Made by a program: the position numbers and the translations under genes | Notes under the pieces: generated by a model | The model's database searches: none | What the model was told of the DNA's origin: nothing | Seen by the model: the letters and a program-made list of their open reading frames with translations, nothing else | Shown here: in pieces, positions 53,806 to 64,000 of the stretch | Layout: each line of letters starts with the position of its first letter | Position numbering within the stretch: the stretch's first letter is position 1 | Assembly (NCBI GenBank): GCA_039931865.1 | Contig: JBDTRB010000006.1 | Location: forward strand, 881-64,880 | Direction: 5' to 3' | Length of the DNA stretch: 64,000 nt | Origin: Acidobacteriota bacterium | Lineage (GTDB): Bacteria; Acidobacteriota; Thermoanaerobaculia; UBA5066; Gp7-AA6

Positions 53806-56800
53806 CCGTCCGCCGGGGGGCGGTTTTCGCGGCGGCCGCGCTCGGCGCCCTTGCGCTCGCCTTCGCGGACGGATGGGTGCCGTCCGGCGGCGAGAACGCC
53901 GGAGCACGGCCTCCGCGCGCATTGCGCCAGGCGCTCCGGGACGAAGCGACGTCGCTCGCTCGGTGCGCGACGGCGTTCGGGGCGCGCCCGGACGTTGCAC
54001 GGTCTCTCCAGGGCGGAGGGGTCGCCATCGACCGACTGACGCTTTTCTCCGCCGCCCGTCAGGCCGTCGAGAACGCGCCGAACGGGACGTGGATCGCGCT
54101 GACGGATTCTGCGGGCGCCGCGCAGGCCTGGTGGGGTGACGCTCCCGCGACGCTCGCCGGACTTCAAGCGCAGGACGGCCTGGGCGCCCGGTGGTCGGCA
54201 ACGAAGCTCGCCCTGATCGTCCGCGTGTCCCTGCCGGGAGAGCCCCGCCCCGGCGTCGCGTATTGCGCGCGCACGCTTCCGGTGGAATCGCCGGAATTCG
54301 CGAGATCGCTCGGGGTGAGCGGAATCGCGGAAGGATGGGCGCCGGCCGCGCCGCGCGCGCCCGGCTCGGAAACCGTCTTGAGCGACGCGCGTGGCCAGGC
54401 GCTCCTGATACTGCAGCGCGCCGGCGGCGGATTTCCAGCTCCGGTCCGCGGCCGCCGGATCGCGCTGGCGCTCGCCGCCGCCGCGGCGCTCTTCCTGATC
54501 GGACGCGGCGACAATCCCGTGCGGGTCGGCGCCGCCCTTCTTCTTCTTTTCCTGGCGGCGGAGATCGCGACGTCCGACGCGACCCGAGCGATCGGCTTCC
54601 CGCGCACGTGGCTCTTCGCCTCGGGGCTCGCGATACTTCCGCGGTCGCTCGCGATGCTCCGCGAAGGCACCCGCGTGCCGCGGCGGCAGCTCCGGCTCAC
54701 GGCCGCGTACGCGATCTTCGTCCTCGCTCTGCTCGCGGCGCAGCTCGTCCAGCCGCCCGGGCTCGGCTCGCGCCTCGGGGGTTCTCCGGCGGCTCTCCTG
54801 CGGCTCGCCGGCCTCACCGCGCTGGTTCTCTCGGCGCTGGCAGTCGCCGGCTCGGCGGCCCGCGCACCGCTTCGAAGCCGGGCGATCGGCCCTGCGATCG
54901 CGGTGACGGCGGTGGCTCTCGCGGGCGGCCTCGCGCTCATTTCCGCCGCGTCGGGATTTCTGGTGGCGGCCGTCGCGGCCGCGGTCGCCGCGTTTCACCT
55001 GTGGACACGAGCGGTCGCGGAGGTGCGCGCCCGCGGAACGCTGGCCGGACCCCGCCTGGTCGCCGGCGCGGCCCTCCTCGTCGTGCTCGCCGCTTCGCTC
55101 CTGTCGGAGCACGCCCGCGCCGTCTCCGACATGAGGCGGGCCGCGTCGATCCGCATCCCCGATCCGGCGCGCGCATCGGCCGACGCCGCATTCGCCGCCG
55201 AGCGCGCCGTCGAGCGGGTGCGCGCGCTCGACCTCGAACAGGCGCTTCCCGCGCCGCTGCCGATGAGCGATCTGTCAGACCTCGCCTACCGGATCTGGAA
55301 AAACGGCGAGCGCGCGACGGGTCCGCCGGCCGTGAGCTCCTACGAGGTGTTCGACCTTTCCCGCCGGGCGGTGAGCAAGTTCTCCCTGATTCCGGAGCCG
55401 GAGTTCGGACGCCGCACCTCGGGCGGGCCCGTCCGCATCGACCGGTTCGACCTCGCGATCGTGCGGCGCGACGTCGACATCTCCGCGGGCGGCCGCCGGT
55501 GGGGGACCGTCGTCGTCAGGATGGCGGACTGGCCCGAGTGGGAACCCCTCCCGCCGCGCATCGAGTTCTACCGGCGCGTGGTGCTCGGCATTCGCGAAGA
55601 GTCGGGCTCCGACCGCGATACTCCGCCGAGGGCCCTTCTCGTCACGTACTCGCGGGACGGCGCGCGCCGGGACGAGGGGCCGCCCCTTCCCGGCTCGCTC
55701 TTCGAGGCCCTGCGCGCAACGGACAAGCCGGTCCCCGTCCATCTCACGTGGGCCGGGAGCGACCTCTGGGGCGAAGCGCGTCCGATCCCCGATGGATACC
55801 GTCTCGTCGCGATCCCGGGGCCTGACTTCCTCGGACGGCTGCTGACGGCCGCACTTCTGCTCCCGGGAATCGCCCTTCTGTCCGCCGTCTCGGCGCTGCT
55901 CTTCGTCTGGAGGATCGTGGCCGCCCGCCGCTCCGGCGAGCAGGCTTTTCCGACCGGACCGCGCACGTTCCGCGGACGACTGGTCGCCCTGTTCCTGCTC
56001 GTCGTGATGATCCCGCTGATGGCCGTGACTTTCTTCCTTCGCACGACGATCGTCGCGCGGTCGGTTCGCGACACGCTCGACCACGCGCGCACGGGTTTGG
56101 AAACCGCGCGCAAGGTCCTGGACGACTACCTGCCGTCCGCGTCGAGCGGGCACGGGAGCCTCGTCGCGCTCGACGACGAGATCCTCGCCTGGCTGGCGAA
56201 CGCGGTGGATTACGACCTCTCGGTGTACGCGCCCGATTCCACCCTGCTGGCGACGTCGCGCCGGGACCTCTACTCCGCCGGCCTCGTTCCGGACCGCGTG
56301 CCGGCGTCGGCGTATGTCGCGATCGGGCTCTCCGGCTCGGGGCAGCAGACAGGCGCGCGGCCCGTCTCCGGCAGCCGCCTCGAGGAGATCACGACGAACC
56401 TGACCTCAGTGCCCGGCGCGCCCGGGGTCCGCAGCCCGGCGCTGCTCTCGATTCTCCTGCTGCCGCAGCAACGCGTCGCGGAGGCGGAAGCGGCGCAGTT
56501 CACGGCCGCGGTCTCGGCATTCAGCCTCCTCGTCTTTCTCTTCTCCGCCCTCGTGGCGAGCCGCCTCGCGGTGCGGGTCGCACGGCCGGTCGCGGATCTC
56601 GTCGCGGGGACGCGCGCGGTCGCCGCGGGCGACTTCGCTCCGCGGCTGGCGGAGCCGCCCGACGAAGAACTGCGGGAGCTCGTACGCGCGTTCCTCTCGA
56701 TGTCGCGCAGTCTGAAGGAGCACACCGAGGCCCTCTCGGCGGAGAAGGAGCGGCTCGCGACGCTTCTCGCGCACCTGACGGCGGGCGTCGTCGCGTACCG

Positions 56801-57752
56801 GGAAAACGGCACGGTGGTTCTTGCGAATCCCGCGGCAGCGGGGCTCGGCGGGGGAACGGCCGAGGGCGCGACTCTCGAAGAGGTCTTCCCCGGGCGCTCG
56901 ATGGCCGTGGTGAGGAGCGTTCTGTCGGACGATTCGGTATCTTTGTCGTCAGTGGAAATCGAGCCCCGGCCCGGGGAGCGGTGGCGAATCGTCACCGTGC
57001 CCCTTCCTCTCGGCGGAGAGGGGACCCGCATGGCGGTGCTCGAGGACGTCTCCGATGTCGTGCGCTCGAACCGCCTGGCCGCCTGGGCGGAGATGGCTCG
57101 GATCATCGCGCACGAGATCAAAAACCCGCTGACGCCGATCCGGCTCTCCGTCGAGCACCTCCGCGAAGTCTGGCGCCGCGGGTCGGACAATTTCGAAGCT
57201 GTGCTCGACGAGTGCGTCGCCAACGTGCTGCGGCAGACCGAAGAGCTGCGGCGTTCCGCTTCGGAATTCTCGGATTACGCGCGGCTGCCCGCGCCGCAGA
57301 TCCAGCGGACCGACGTCTCACGGCTGGCGGAGGAAGCCGCGGCCGCATACGCCGGCGCGCCGGGGATCGCGTGGGACCTCCGGATCGAGCGGGGGATGCA
57401 GGCGAACGCCGACCCCCGCCTCTTAGGGCGCGTCTTCTCGAACCTGATCGGGAACGCGGTCGAAGCCCTCGGCGGGAAGCCCGGGTCGATCGGTCTCGTC
57501 GCGCGGCCTGCCGACGGGCACGCGGAGATCGCCGTCGAAGACACGGGACCCGGTGTCGTAGCCGAGATCCTCCCGCGTCTTTTCGATCCCTACTTTTCGG
57601 CCAAGAGCGGTGGCACCGGCCTCGGGCTCGCCATCGCGAAGAAGATCGTGGAAGAGCATGGCGGAAAGATCCGCGCCGAGAACCGGCCGGAAGGAGGATT
57701 TCGCGTGACCTTCGATCTCCCGCTCCTCGACCGGTCCGAGGTCCCTGCGTGA
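53802..57752 (+). CDS. large membrane sensor histidine kinase (NtrY-like: multi-TM N-region, HAMP, PAS, HisKA, HATPase_c)
   Basis: The GTG at 53802 overlaps the hutU stop (GTGA). H-box [23 protein letters not shown]-like [19 protein letters not shown], and [18 protein letters not shown]. About 1316 aa. Confidence 0.8.
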   Translation: MTVRRGAVFAAAALGALALAFADGWVPSGGENAGARPPRALRQALRDEATSLARCATAFGARPDVARSLQGGGVAIDRLTLFSAARQAVENAPNGTWIALTDSAGAAQAWWGDAPATLAGLQAQDGLGARWSATKLALIVRVSLPGEPRPGVAYCARTLPVESPEFARSLGVSGIAEGWAPAAPRAPGSETVLSDARGQALLILQRAGGGFPAPVRGRRIALALAAAAALFLIGRGDNPVRVGAALLLLFLAAEIATSDATRAIGFPRTWLFASGLAILPRSLAMLREGTRVPRRQLRLTAAYAIFVLALLAAQLVQPPGLGSRLGGSPAALLRLAGLTALVLSALAVAGSAARAPLRSRAIGPAIAVTAVALAGGLALISAASGFLVAAVAAAVAAFHLWTRAVAEVRARGTLAGPRLVAGAALLVVLAASLLSEHARAVSDMRRAASIRIPDPARASADAAFAAERAVERVRALDLEQALPAPLPMSDLSDLAYRIWKNGERATGPPAVSSYEVFDLSRRAVSKFSLIPEPEFGRRTSGGPVRIDRFDLAIVRRDVDISAGGRRWGTVVVRMADWPEWEPLPPRIEFYRRVVLGIREESGSDRDTPPRALLVTYSRDGARRDEGPPLPGSLFEALRATDKPVPVHLTWAGSDLWGEARPIPDGYRLVAIPGPDFLGRLLTAALLLPGIALLSAVSALLFVWRIVAARRSGEQAFPTGPRTFRGRLVALFLLVVMIPLMAVTFFLRTTIVARSVRDTLDHARTGLETARKVLDDYLPSASSGHGSLVALDDEILAWLANAVDYDLSVYAPDSTLLATSRRDLYSAGLVPDRVPASAYVAIGLSGSGQQTGARPVSGSRLEEITTNLTSVPGAPGVRSPALLSILLLPQQRVAEAEAAQFTAAVSAFSLLVFLFSALVASRLAVRVARPVADLVAGTRAVAAGDFAPRLAEPPDEELRELVRAFLSMSRSLKEHTEALSAEKERLATLLAHLTAGVVAYRENGTVVLANPAAAGLGGGTAEGATLEEVFPGRSMAVVRSVLSDDSVSLSSVEIEPRPGERWRIVTVPLPLGGEGTRMAVLEDVSDVVRSNRLAAWAEMARIIAHEIKNPLTPIRLSVEHLREVWRRGSDNFEAVLDECVANVLRQTEELRRSASEFSDYARLPAPQIQRTDVSRLAEEAAAAYAGAPGIAWDLRIERGMQANADPRLLGRVFSNLIGNAVEALGGKPGSIGLVARPADGHAEIAVEDTGPGVVAEILPRLFDPYFSAKSGGTGLGLAIAKKIVEEHGGKIRAENRPEGGFRVTFDLPLLDRSEVPA

Positions 57753-59170
57753 CCCCGCTGCGCCGGACTCTTTTCCACCTTGTGTCCGCAGTCCTCGTTC
57801 TCGCGCCCGGATGCGCCCGTCGCGCCTCGCCGGCGGCGGCCCGGCTGCCTTCCGGGGACGCGGTCTGGCTGCAGGACGGCGGCGCGGAGTCCGGCGAGGC
57901 GATCGAGAACGCGACTTCGCGGGCCGGCTTCGCGTCCGTCTTCGTTCCGGCGGCGACCCTGACGTACGCCGGAGGCCTCTGGAACGCGACGCCGGCGGAG
58001 CACCCGCGCGAGCCCTACCGGAAGCTTCCGGTGGTGCTCGTTCTCTCGGTCGCCCCCGAGGCCCAGGCCGCGATCGCCGGACCCGCCGGCGCTCAGGCGC
58101 TCGCGGACGCGCTGTGGATCGCGCTGAAGCCGGGGCTCAGGGACGCCGCCCTCTATGGACACGTACGAGGCGTCCACCTCGACGTTCCATTCTCGGCATC
58201 CGTGGCGCTGCCCTGGGCGGCCGCCGTCGAAGGATTTCGCGCCCGCCTCTCGAAGGCGATGCTCCTCACCTGGACGCTGCCTTTTTCGCCCGGCGCATCG
58301 GAGGCGGATGCGCTGCGCAAGATCGAGGCTTCAACCGATGGAGCGGTGGCCGTCATCTTTGGAGAAGGGGCCGGGGCCGATCCCGCCGCGGTCGACCAGC
58401 TCGGCACGCCGTGGCTCGCCGGTTACGCCCCGTCCGCGCGCGGCCGCTCGACTCCCCGGGGAGGTCCTGAACGGCTGCTTCCAGAATCGGTCCTCGCGCA
58501 GCTCACCGACGATCCCGGAGTCGAGTTCTCGCACGACCTTTCGCTGAAGGAAGACTCGAGCTCGTCGTTTCTCCTCACGGCGCATCGGCCGGTCACGATC
58601 GGCGACATCCGGTTTGCTCCGGGAGAGCGCATCCTCTTCCGTCAGCCCTCCGTATCCGACCTCGTGTACCGGCTCGGCGCGGACCTGGCCGGCAAAAGGT
58701 CCGTGCGAGGAAGGGTCGTGATCCTTTCGGGCCGCGCGGACGCGGATCGGATCTTCACGCTGGGCGCCTTGGACGACATCCTCCTCGGCAGGCCTCTCGG
58801 CGCCGATCTCCGCGTCACGCTCGAGCCGAGCCGGGGCGCCGTCGATCTGGCGGCCGAGAATCCGACGCCAAACGCCTCCGTCATCTCGAGAACCTCCAAC
58901 TGGGTCGAGGTCGACTTTCCAAACGGGGGCATCACCGACGTGAAGGCGGGCGGCTTCGACCGCTTCGAGGTGTTCGGCCCGGACGGAAAGGCCGTCACGC
59001 TCGGCCGCGCCACACGCGTCCGGCTGTTCGAGACGCTGGCGAGCCCGGGCGAGAAGATCGCCGCCGCGCGAATCGTGCTGCGAAAACCGCCGCCGAAAGG
59101 CTGTTGCGCGTACCGCATCCACCTGATTTCCGCCGCGGGCCCGGAGGTCGCCCGGGAGGGAACGCCGTGA
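57749..59170 (+). CDS. hypothetical lipoprotein
   Basis: The GTG at 57749 overlaps the kinase stop (GTGA). N-terminus [22 protein letters not shown] (lipobox-like). 473 aa with no recognised family. Confidence 0.55.
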   Translation: MTPLRRTLFHLVSAVLVLAPGCARRASPAAARLPSGDAVWLQDGGAESGEAIENATSRAGFASVFVPAATLTYAGGLWNATPAEHPREPYRKLPVVLVLSVAPEAQAAIAGPAGAQALADALWIALKPGLRDAALYGHVRGVHLDVPFSASVALPWAAAVEGFRARLSKAMLLTWTLPFSPGASEADALRKIEASTDGAVAVIFGEGAGADPAAVDQLGTPWLAGYAPSARGRSTPRGGPERLLPESVLAQLTDDPGVEFSHDLSLKEDSSSSFLLTAHRPVTIGDIRFAPGERILFRQPSVSDLVYRLGADLAGKRSVRGRVVILSGRADADRIFTLGALDDILLGRPLGADLRVTLEPSRGAVDLAAENPTPNASVISRTSNWVEVDFPNGGITDVKAGGFDRFEVFGPDGKAVTLGRATRVRLFETLASPGEKIAAARIVLRKPPPKGCCAYRIHLISAAGPEVAREGTP

Positions 59171-59244
59171 CTTCGGGCCGCCCAGCGGCCATCTCGTGAG
59201 CGGGAGAACGGGGCGGCATGGGGTTTCTGACGAAAGGGGAGCGG

Positions 59245-59387
59245 ATGGGAATCGAGGTTCGCGGTGTGGCGCCGCTCCTCTGGGTCTTCGACATGCCGCC
59301 GCCCGTCGCCGCCCCTACGGAATGAAACAGCTCACGGTCTGCGATCCAGACGGCTTCCAGCTCTGCTTTCAGTGGACGGCGGGTTGA
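59245..59387 (+). pseudogene. remnant of a glyoxalase/bleomycin-resistance (VOC) family gene
   Basis: One frame gives MGIEVRGVAPLLWVFDMP..., a VOC-like N-terminus that stops after 26 codons. Another frame gives ...PYGMKQLTVCDPDGFQLCFQW, a VOC-like C-terminus. The middle of about 80 codons is missing. Confidence 0.35.
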
Positions 59388-59423
59388 CAGAACCCGAGCG
59401 AAGGGGACGCCGCGCTCCGGCAG

Positions 59424-60218
59424 TCAGGCCTTCCTGCGCCGCCTGAACAAGCCGAAGATCTTCGCGACCGGGCCTGAGACCGCGAAGATCGACGCGAGAG
59501 CCAGAAGCGTCGGATAGGGGCTGTAGGCGATCGCCATGAAGAAGACGGCGATCGCCGGCAGGATCCACGCGGGCCGGCGGCGGCGCAGGTCGAGATCCTT
59601 GAACGAGCGGTACTTGATGGTCGAGATCATCAGGTACGAGAGAAGAAACGTGACGATAAGGACACCCGTCATCCAGACGCGGTCGACGAGAGGCTCCGGG
59701 GTGGCGAGAACGAGCGTGCAGACGGTTCCCGCGGCGGCGGGAATCGGCAGACCCACGAAATACTTCTTGTCCGCGATCTTCGTCTGGATGTTGAAGCGCG
59801 CCAATCGCATCGACCCGCAGACGACGAAGAAGAACGAGACGGCGAGCCCGAGGCGGTGAAAGTCCGCGAGACCCCACGAGTACACGAGGATCGCCGGCGC
59901 AACGCCGAACGAGACGAGGTCCGCGAGTGAGTCGTACTCCTCGCCGAACTCCGAGGCGGAGTTGGTGAGACGCGCGATGCGCCCGTCGAGCATGTCCAGG
60001 ATCGCGGCAAGGATGATCAGGAGGGCGGAGCGTTCGAACGTCCCGTTGATAGAGCTCCACAGCGACAGGTACCCGCAGAACAGATTACCGACGGTGAAGA
60101 GCGTCGGCAGGACGAAGAGCCCCCGCGAGAGTCTCTCGCGCGAGAGCCGGCGGCGCCGGGGCCGGGGGTGGGGGAAGGTGTCGTCGGCAGGGTCGAGCGG
60201 CGTGTCGCTGTCGCTCAC
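59424..60218 (-). CDS. pssA: CDP-diacylglycerol--serine O-phosphatidyltransferase
   Basis: CDP-alcohol phosphotransferase motif DMLDGRIARL...GEEYDSLADLVSFG. The GTG start overlaps the psd stop (GTGA). Confidence 0.88.
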   Translation of the reverse strand: MSDSDTPLDPADDTFPHPRPRRRRLSRERLSRGLFVLPTLFTVGNLFCGYLSLWSSINGTFERSALLIILAAILDMLDGRIARLTNSASEFGEEYDSLADLVSFGVAPAILVYSWGLADFHRLGLAVSFFFVVCGSMRLARFNIQTKIADKKYFVGLPIPAAAGTVCTLVLATPEPLVDRVWMTGVLIVTFLLSYLMISTIKYRSFKDLDLRRRRPAWILPAIAVFFMAIAYSPYPTLLALASIFAVSGPVAKIFGLFRRRRKA

Positions 60219-60829
60219 GGGCGCGCCGGGGGCCGGCCGCCCTGCCCGGGAGCCGGCGCCGGAAACCTCGCGAGTCCTGTCAGGCCCGCGCGCACCTTCT
60301 GGCCTTTTCTCACGAGGACGTCGGCGCCGTCGGGAACGAAGAGGTCCACCCGCGAGCCGAAGAGGATGATCCCGATTCTCTGGGCCCTCTCGAGAGGCTG
60401 GCCGGGTTTCGGATAGAAGATGATGCGACGCGCGATCGCTCCGGCAATCTGCTTGAATGCGACCCGGCCGCCGCTGGCCTCCATGGTGATCAGATTCTGC
60501 TCATTCTCGTGTGAAGCCTTCTCCGCAAACGCGGCGAGCTTTTTTCCGGGCGAATAGCTGTAGTCCGCGACGAGTCCGGTGACCGGAGCGCGGTTCACGT
60601 GGACGTTGAACACCGACATGAAGATCGAGATCCGTGTGCCCGCGCCCGGCGGCGCTTCCGGCGCGGTTCCGATCGACAGGATGGTTCCGTCGGCGGGTGA
60701 GACGATGGTTTCGAGGCCCGCGACGGGCCGGCGCTCCGGGTCCCGAAAGAACGAGACGAGAAAAAGAGTGGGAGCCCCGAGCGCTACGGCCCAGACCGGA
60801 TGCCCTGTCGCGGCCGCGAGGACCGTCAA
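60215..60829 (-). CDS. psd: phosphatidylserine decarboxylase proenzyme (short type)
   Basis: FFRDPERRP, IFMSVFNVHVNRAPV, and ILFGSRVD (self-cleavage GS site). The TTG at 60829 is the first canonical start. The likely true start is the CTG at 60883 (see findings). Confidence 0.85.
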   Translation of the reverse strand: MTVLAAATGHPVWAVALGAPTLFLVSFFRDPERRPVAGLETIVSPADGTILSIGTAPEAPPGAGTRISIFMSVFNVHVNRAPVTGLVADYSYSPGKKLAAFAEKASHENEQNLITMEASGGRVAFKQIAGAIARRIIFYPKPGQPLERAQRIGIILFGSRVDLFVPDGADVLVRKGQKVRAGLTGLARFPAPAPGQGGRPPARP

Positions 60830-60879
60830 CAGGAGAGGGGGAAGGATGAACTTCCATCCCTCGCGAGCGAGAGGGAACC

Positions 60880-61101
60880 TCAGTGCGTGATCCCTTCGCG
60901 CCGAGTCCGCACGATCGCCTCCATTTTGTCCTTCAGGGCGAGCTTCTCCTTCTTCAGGCGCTTCTCTTCGATTTCTTCTTCTTCCGAGAGGGCTGATTTT
61001 CCGGCGAGCATCTGAAGGCGGGTCTCATGATCCTGGTGGGCGTCCTGGAGGCGGCGGTACTCTGCGTCGACTTCCGGCACGGACTCCGTCGAGATTGACA
61101 T
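60880..61101 (-). CDS. DUF465 (YdcH-like) small coiled-coil protein
   Basis: 73 aa with EYRRLQDAHQDHETRLQML...EEEEIEEKRLKKEKLALKDKME, the characteristic DUF465 pattern. Confidence 0.65.
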   Translation of the reverse strand: MSISTESVPEVDAEYRRLQDAHQDHETRLQMLAGKSALSEEEEIEEKRLKKEKLALKDKMEAIVRTRREGITH

Positions 61102-61241
61102 CGGCTCGAACCTCCTTTTCTATTCGGAGCGGAGCAAAAGGAAGGCCACTTCCGCGAGTCTACCGACCAACGAGCGGGGGTTCAAGGACCTCGCCCCGAA
61201 CTCCCGCAGAGCATGGAACTTGCCGCGCCCGGCCGCGATTT

Positions 61242-61727
61242 TCAGGGCTTTCCCTCGAGCGCGAGAACCATCGCGTAGGCGTCCTCGCCATCCTGGTAAT
61301 AGGCCTTTCGCCGGTACGCCTCGCGGAATCCGTAGGAGCGGTAGAACTCGCGAGCCGGAAGGTTCGACAGGCGGACCTCGAGAGTCACCGCGGTCGCTCC
61401 GACGCCGCGCGCCCGGGAAAGAGCGTCTTCGAGGAGCCGGCGGCCGTGGCCGAGATTTCTCAGCCGCGGATCGGTCGCGATCTTGTTGACGTGGAATTCT
61501 TCGTAGAGCGACACCGCGAAAAGATATCCGCCGACCCGGGGCTCGGAGTCGCGACCCCCGACCAGCACCCGGGCGTAGCGGTAGGGCTCCTCCAGCTCCG
61601 CCGCGAAAAACTCGCGCTTCCACGGAACGAGGAACGACTCCCGCTCGATGCGGGCGATTTCGTCGAGGTCGTCGGAGCGCGCGGGAGCAACCGCGTACCT
61701 GGACGGACTCGGGTTACGGAGCGCCAC
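61242..61727 (-). CDS. rimI: ribosomal-protein-alanine N-acetyltransferase
   Basis: GNAT fold with HVNKIATDPRLRNLGHGRRLLEDAL and LEVRLSNLPAREFYRSYGF. Overlaps tsaB by 14 nt, the usual tsaB-rimI pairing. Confidence 0.85.
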   Translation of the reverse strand: MALRNPSPSRYAVAPARSDDLDEIARIERESFLVPWKREFFAAELEEPYRYARVLVGGRDSEPRVGGYLFAVSLYEEFHVNKIATDPRLRNLGHGRRLLEDALSRARGVGATAVTLEVRLSNLPAREFYRSYGFREAYRRKAYYQDGEDAYAMVLALEGKP

Positions 61728-62400
61728 GTTTCTCCTCCGCCGCGCTCGGACGCGAATAGATCGCGGCGAAGTTTGCGGCCGTGCTCTCCGCGGGCCGCCG
61801 CGCGACCGCGAGCGCCAGCGCGCGGGAGAGAGGAGACGTCACCGTGAGACCTCCGGGACCGACGAGATCGAACGGCGCCGAAGCGAACGGAAGGCCGCCG
61901 AACACCCGGCACGCCGCGTTTTCCCGCGGAGCCCGCGCAGGCGGCCCCACAGCGGCGGCGCGGGCGCCAGTGAGGTCGAACGACTGCCAGACGATCTCAC
62001 CGCGGCCCGCATCGAGCGCCGCGGCGACGCGAGAGACGTCCGCGCCACGGGCGGCCTCGGCGAGGACCTCGAGTGTCGAAACGGTTTCGACGTCGCAGTC
62101 GAGCGCGCGGCCGAGGCCCCATGCCGTCGCGAGCCCGACCCGCACGCCCGTAAACGATCCGGGGCCGGAGCAGACAGCGATGCGCCCGCAATCGGAGAGC
62201 GACAGTCGCGCGCGTGAGAACACTGCCTCGATGGACGCGAGAAGACGCTCCGAAGACTGGCGGTCGGAGGGGAGAGGCTCGTCGAATACTGTTTCGCCGT
62301 CAACGAGCGTCACGGCCGGCGACGGGCTGGCGGTGTCGAGCGCGAGGATGCAGGAGGTCCGCAATGGCTTCACCGTTCCGAACCGGTATGCTAACCCCAT
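61714..62400 (-). CDS. tsaB: tRNA t6A biosynthesis protein TsaB
   Basis: ILALDTASPSPAVTLV and IAVCSGPGSFTGVRVGLATAWGL. The start is uncertain: ATG 62400, GTG 62373 or TTG 62364. Confidence 0.8.
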   Translation of the reverse strand: MGLAYRFGTVKPLRTSCILALDTASPSPAVTLVDGETVFDEPLPSDRQSSERLLASIEAVFSRARLSLSDCGRIAVCSGPGSFTGVRVGLATAWGLGRALDCDVETVSTLEVLAEAARGADVSRVAAALDAGRGEIVWQSFDLTGARAAAVGPPARAPRENAACRVFGGLPFASAPFDLVGPGGLTVTSPLSRALALAVARRPAESTAANFAAIYSRPSAAEEKRGAP

Positions 62401-62476
62401 CGCCCATGGAAAGCCCCGGAAGACGAGCCCGCCTGCCCTTTCCTCGCGAGACCCCGGGGGCCCCGCGTCCGTGAGC

Positions 62477-64000
62477 ATGACCAGCGCCCGCGAGACCCCG
62501 ATGCTGCGGCAGTACTTCGAAATGAAGAGCCGCGCGCCCGACGCCATCCTCTTCTATCGGATGGGCGACTTCTACGAAATGTTCTTCGAGGACGCGCGCG
62601 AAGCCGCGCCCATTCTCGGGATCGCCCTGACGGCGCGCAACCGGGATTCCGACATCGAAGCTCCGATGTGCGGGGTGCCCTGGCAGAGCGCCGACCACCA
62701 CATCGCGCGTCTCGTCGCGTCGGGGCGAAAGGTCGCCGTCTGCGATCAGATGGAGGACGCGCGCGCGACAAAGGGGATCCTCCGCCGTGACATCACGCGG
62801 ATCGTCACGCCGGGAACGGTCCTCGACCCGGAGTCTCTCGTCCCGGCCGCCGCGTCGTATCTCGCCACGCTCCTGCCGCCGGGGGGGCCCTCCGCGGCGG
62901 CCGCCGGAGCGGAGTGGGAGGCTTCGTTTCTCGACCTGTCCACCGGACGCTTCTTCGCCGGACTTCTTCCGGCGTCGCGGCTCGCGGACGCTCTGGCACT
63001 CTTCCGTCCGCGGGAAGTGCTCCTGCCGGACGGGGCCTCGGCTCCCATCCCGCGGGGAGCCGCCGAAACCCGGCGACCGGTGTCCTGGTTCGACGCGTCT
63101 TCCGCCGCGCGCGCGAATCCGGGCGCGACAGGCGCCGCCGGCGGAGCGGCGGCCGCCGCGGCGCTGGCGTATGCGACGGAGATGCGGCCCCGCGGCGCTC
63201 AGCACATCGGCGCTCCCGAAGCCCTCAGATTCGGCGAGCGCATGGGCCTCGACGCGTCCGCCGTCGCGACGCTCGAAATCTTCGAATCCTCGGACGGTTC
63301 CACGGAACGCAGCCTCTGCTCGCTTCTCGACCGAACGCGCACGGCTCTGGGCGCGCGCGCCCTCCGGGACGCGCTCGCCCGACCGTCGACCGACGTTGTC
63401 GAGATCGAGTCACGGTGGGACGCCGTCCAGGAGCTCGTCACCAGGCCCGGGCCGCGGGAGGAGATCCAGAGCGCCCTCGACGGCGTCGGAGACCTCGAGC
63501 GCCGGTTCGCCCGGATCTCGACGGAAACCGCGGGTCCGCGCGAAGTCGCAGCGTGGTCCGCTGGCCTCGAGGCGATTCCCCGCGTCCGGCTCGCGGGCGC
63601 CGCACTGACCTCCTCCCGCCTGCGCGGCCTTCTAGACGGGATGCCCGACGTCTCGGATCTTGCGGCCCGCGTGCGGGAGACGGTGGCCCCGGAGCCCCCG
63701 ATCCTCGCATCCGCGGGCGGCTCGATCCGCGACGGCGCCGACGAGGAGCTCGACTCGCTGCGCTCGCTGCGGCGCGACGCCCAGGGCGCGCTGCTCGCGA
63801 TCGAAGCCGAGGAGCGCCGCCGGTCCGGGATCTCGAACCTTCGCATCCGCTACAACCGCGTGTTCGGGTATTCGCTCGAGGTCGGGCACGCCCACCGCGA
63901 CCGCGTCCCCGAAGACTGGATCAGGCGCCAGTCGCTCGCGAACGCCGAGCGCTTCGTCACACCGGCGCTGAAATCGCTCGAAGAGAAGATCCTCGGAGCC
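62477..64000 (+). CDS. mutS: DNA mismatch repair protein MutS (N-terminal part; continues past the window)
   Basis: Own translation; the gene is not in the track because it runs off the edge. MTSARETPMLRQYFEMKSRAPDAILFYRMGDFYEMFFEDAREAAPILGIALT...VTPGT... Confidence 0.92.
   Translation, partial: MTSARETPMLRQYFEMKSRAPDAILFYRMGDFYEMFFEDAREAAPILGIALTARNRDSDIEAPMCGVPWQSADHHIARLVASGRKVAVCDQMEDARATKGILRRDITRIVTPGTVLDPESLVPAAASYLATLLPPGGPSAAAAGAEWEASFLDLSTGRFFAGLLPASRLADALALFRPREVLLPDGASAPIPRGAAETRRPVSWFDASSAARANPGATGAAGGAAAAAALAYATEMRPRGAQHIGAPEALRFGERMGLDASAVATLEIFESSDGSTERSLCSLLDRTRTALGARALRDALARPSTDVVEIESRWDAVQELVTRPGPREEIQSALDGVGDLERRFARISTETAGPREVAAWSAGLEAIPRVRLAGAALTSSRLRGLLDGMPDVSDLAARVRETVAPEPPILASAGGSIRDGADEELDSLRSLRRDAQGALLAIEAEERRRSGISNLRIRYNRVFGYSLEVGHAHRDRVPEDWIRRQSLANAERFVTPALKSLEEKILGA

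Noticed and set aside
60880-60883. In-frame TGA readthrough fusing the DUF465 protein to Psd
   Set aside because: On recounting by coordinates, the DUF465 stop (60882-60880) is not in the psd frame. The relationship is a CTGA stop-start overlap (see finding), not readthrough.

Overview
High-GC bacterial chromosomal segment, by eye about two thirds G+C and with a strong GC3 bias. It is densely coding on both strands, with about 55 protein genes and one tRNA-Lys(UUU). I saw no rRNA, CRISPR array, transposase or integrase. All calls come from reading the ORF-track translations and my own translations of two edge genes (a radical SAM protein at the left edge, mutS at the right edge). No alignments or HMM searches were run. 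Main content, left to right: (1) a B12-type radical SAM gene, a Pro/Thr-rich lipoprotein and small ORFs; (2) a KaiA-less kaiC-kaiB-hybrid PAS histidine kinase cassette, in which KaiC carries a roughly 90-residue charged helical tail; (3) an Lhr helicase; (4) two tandem 96-aa Ser/Thr/Lys-rich secreted paralogs; (5) chrA, an M1 aminopeptidase, a molybdopterin oxidoreductase, a CDF transporter and a cytochrome c; (6) all nine enzymes from glutamyl-tRNA to protohaem in two operons, hemE-hemN-hemH-hemY plus an ABC-2 exporter and ccsA-like-hemA-hemC-hemD-hemB-hemL, flanking acnA and a yceI-like gene; (7) a CPA2 antiporter, a POT transporter, a DUF481 outer membrane protein, a UdgX-like family 4 uracil-DNA glycosylase and beta-propeller lipoproteins; (8) tRNA-Lys next to a compositionally atypical orphan PAS kinase; (9) purA, hutH and hutU, followed by a 1316-aa NtrY-like sensor kinase and a lipoprotein that are translationally coupled; (10) psd-pssA, rimI-tsaB and mutS. 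Nine gene pairs use 4-nt NTGA stop-start overlaps, and three loci point to CTG initiation. The most system-like unusual item is the Kai module. Most of the remainder is ordinary housekeeping with several small oddities. Many long antisense ORFs in the track are high-GC artefacts and were rejected.
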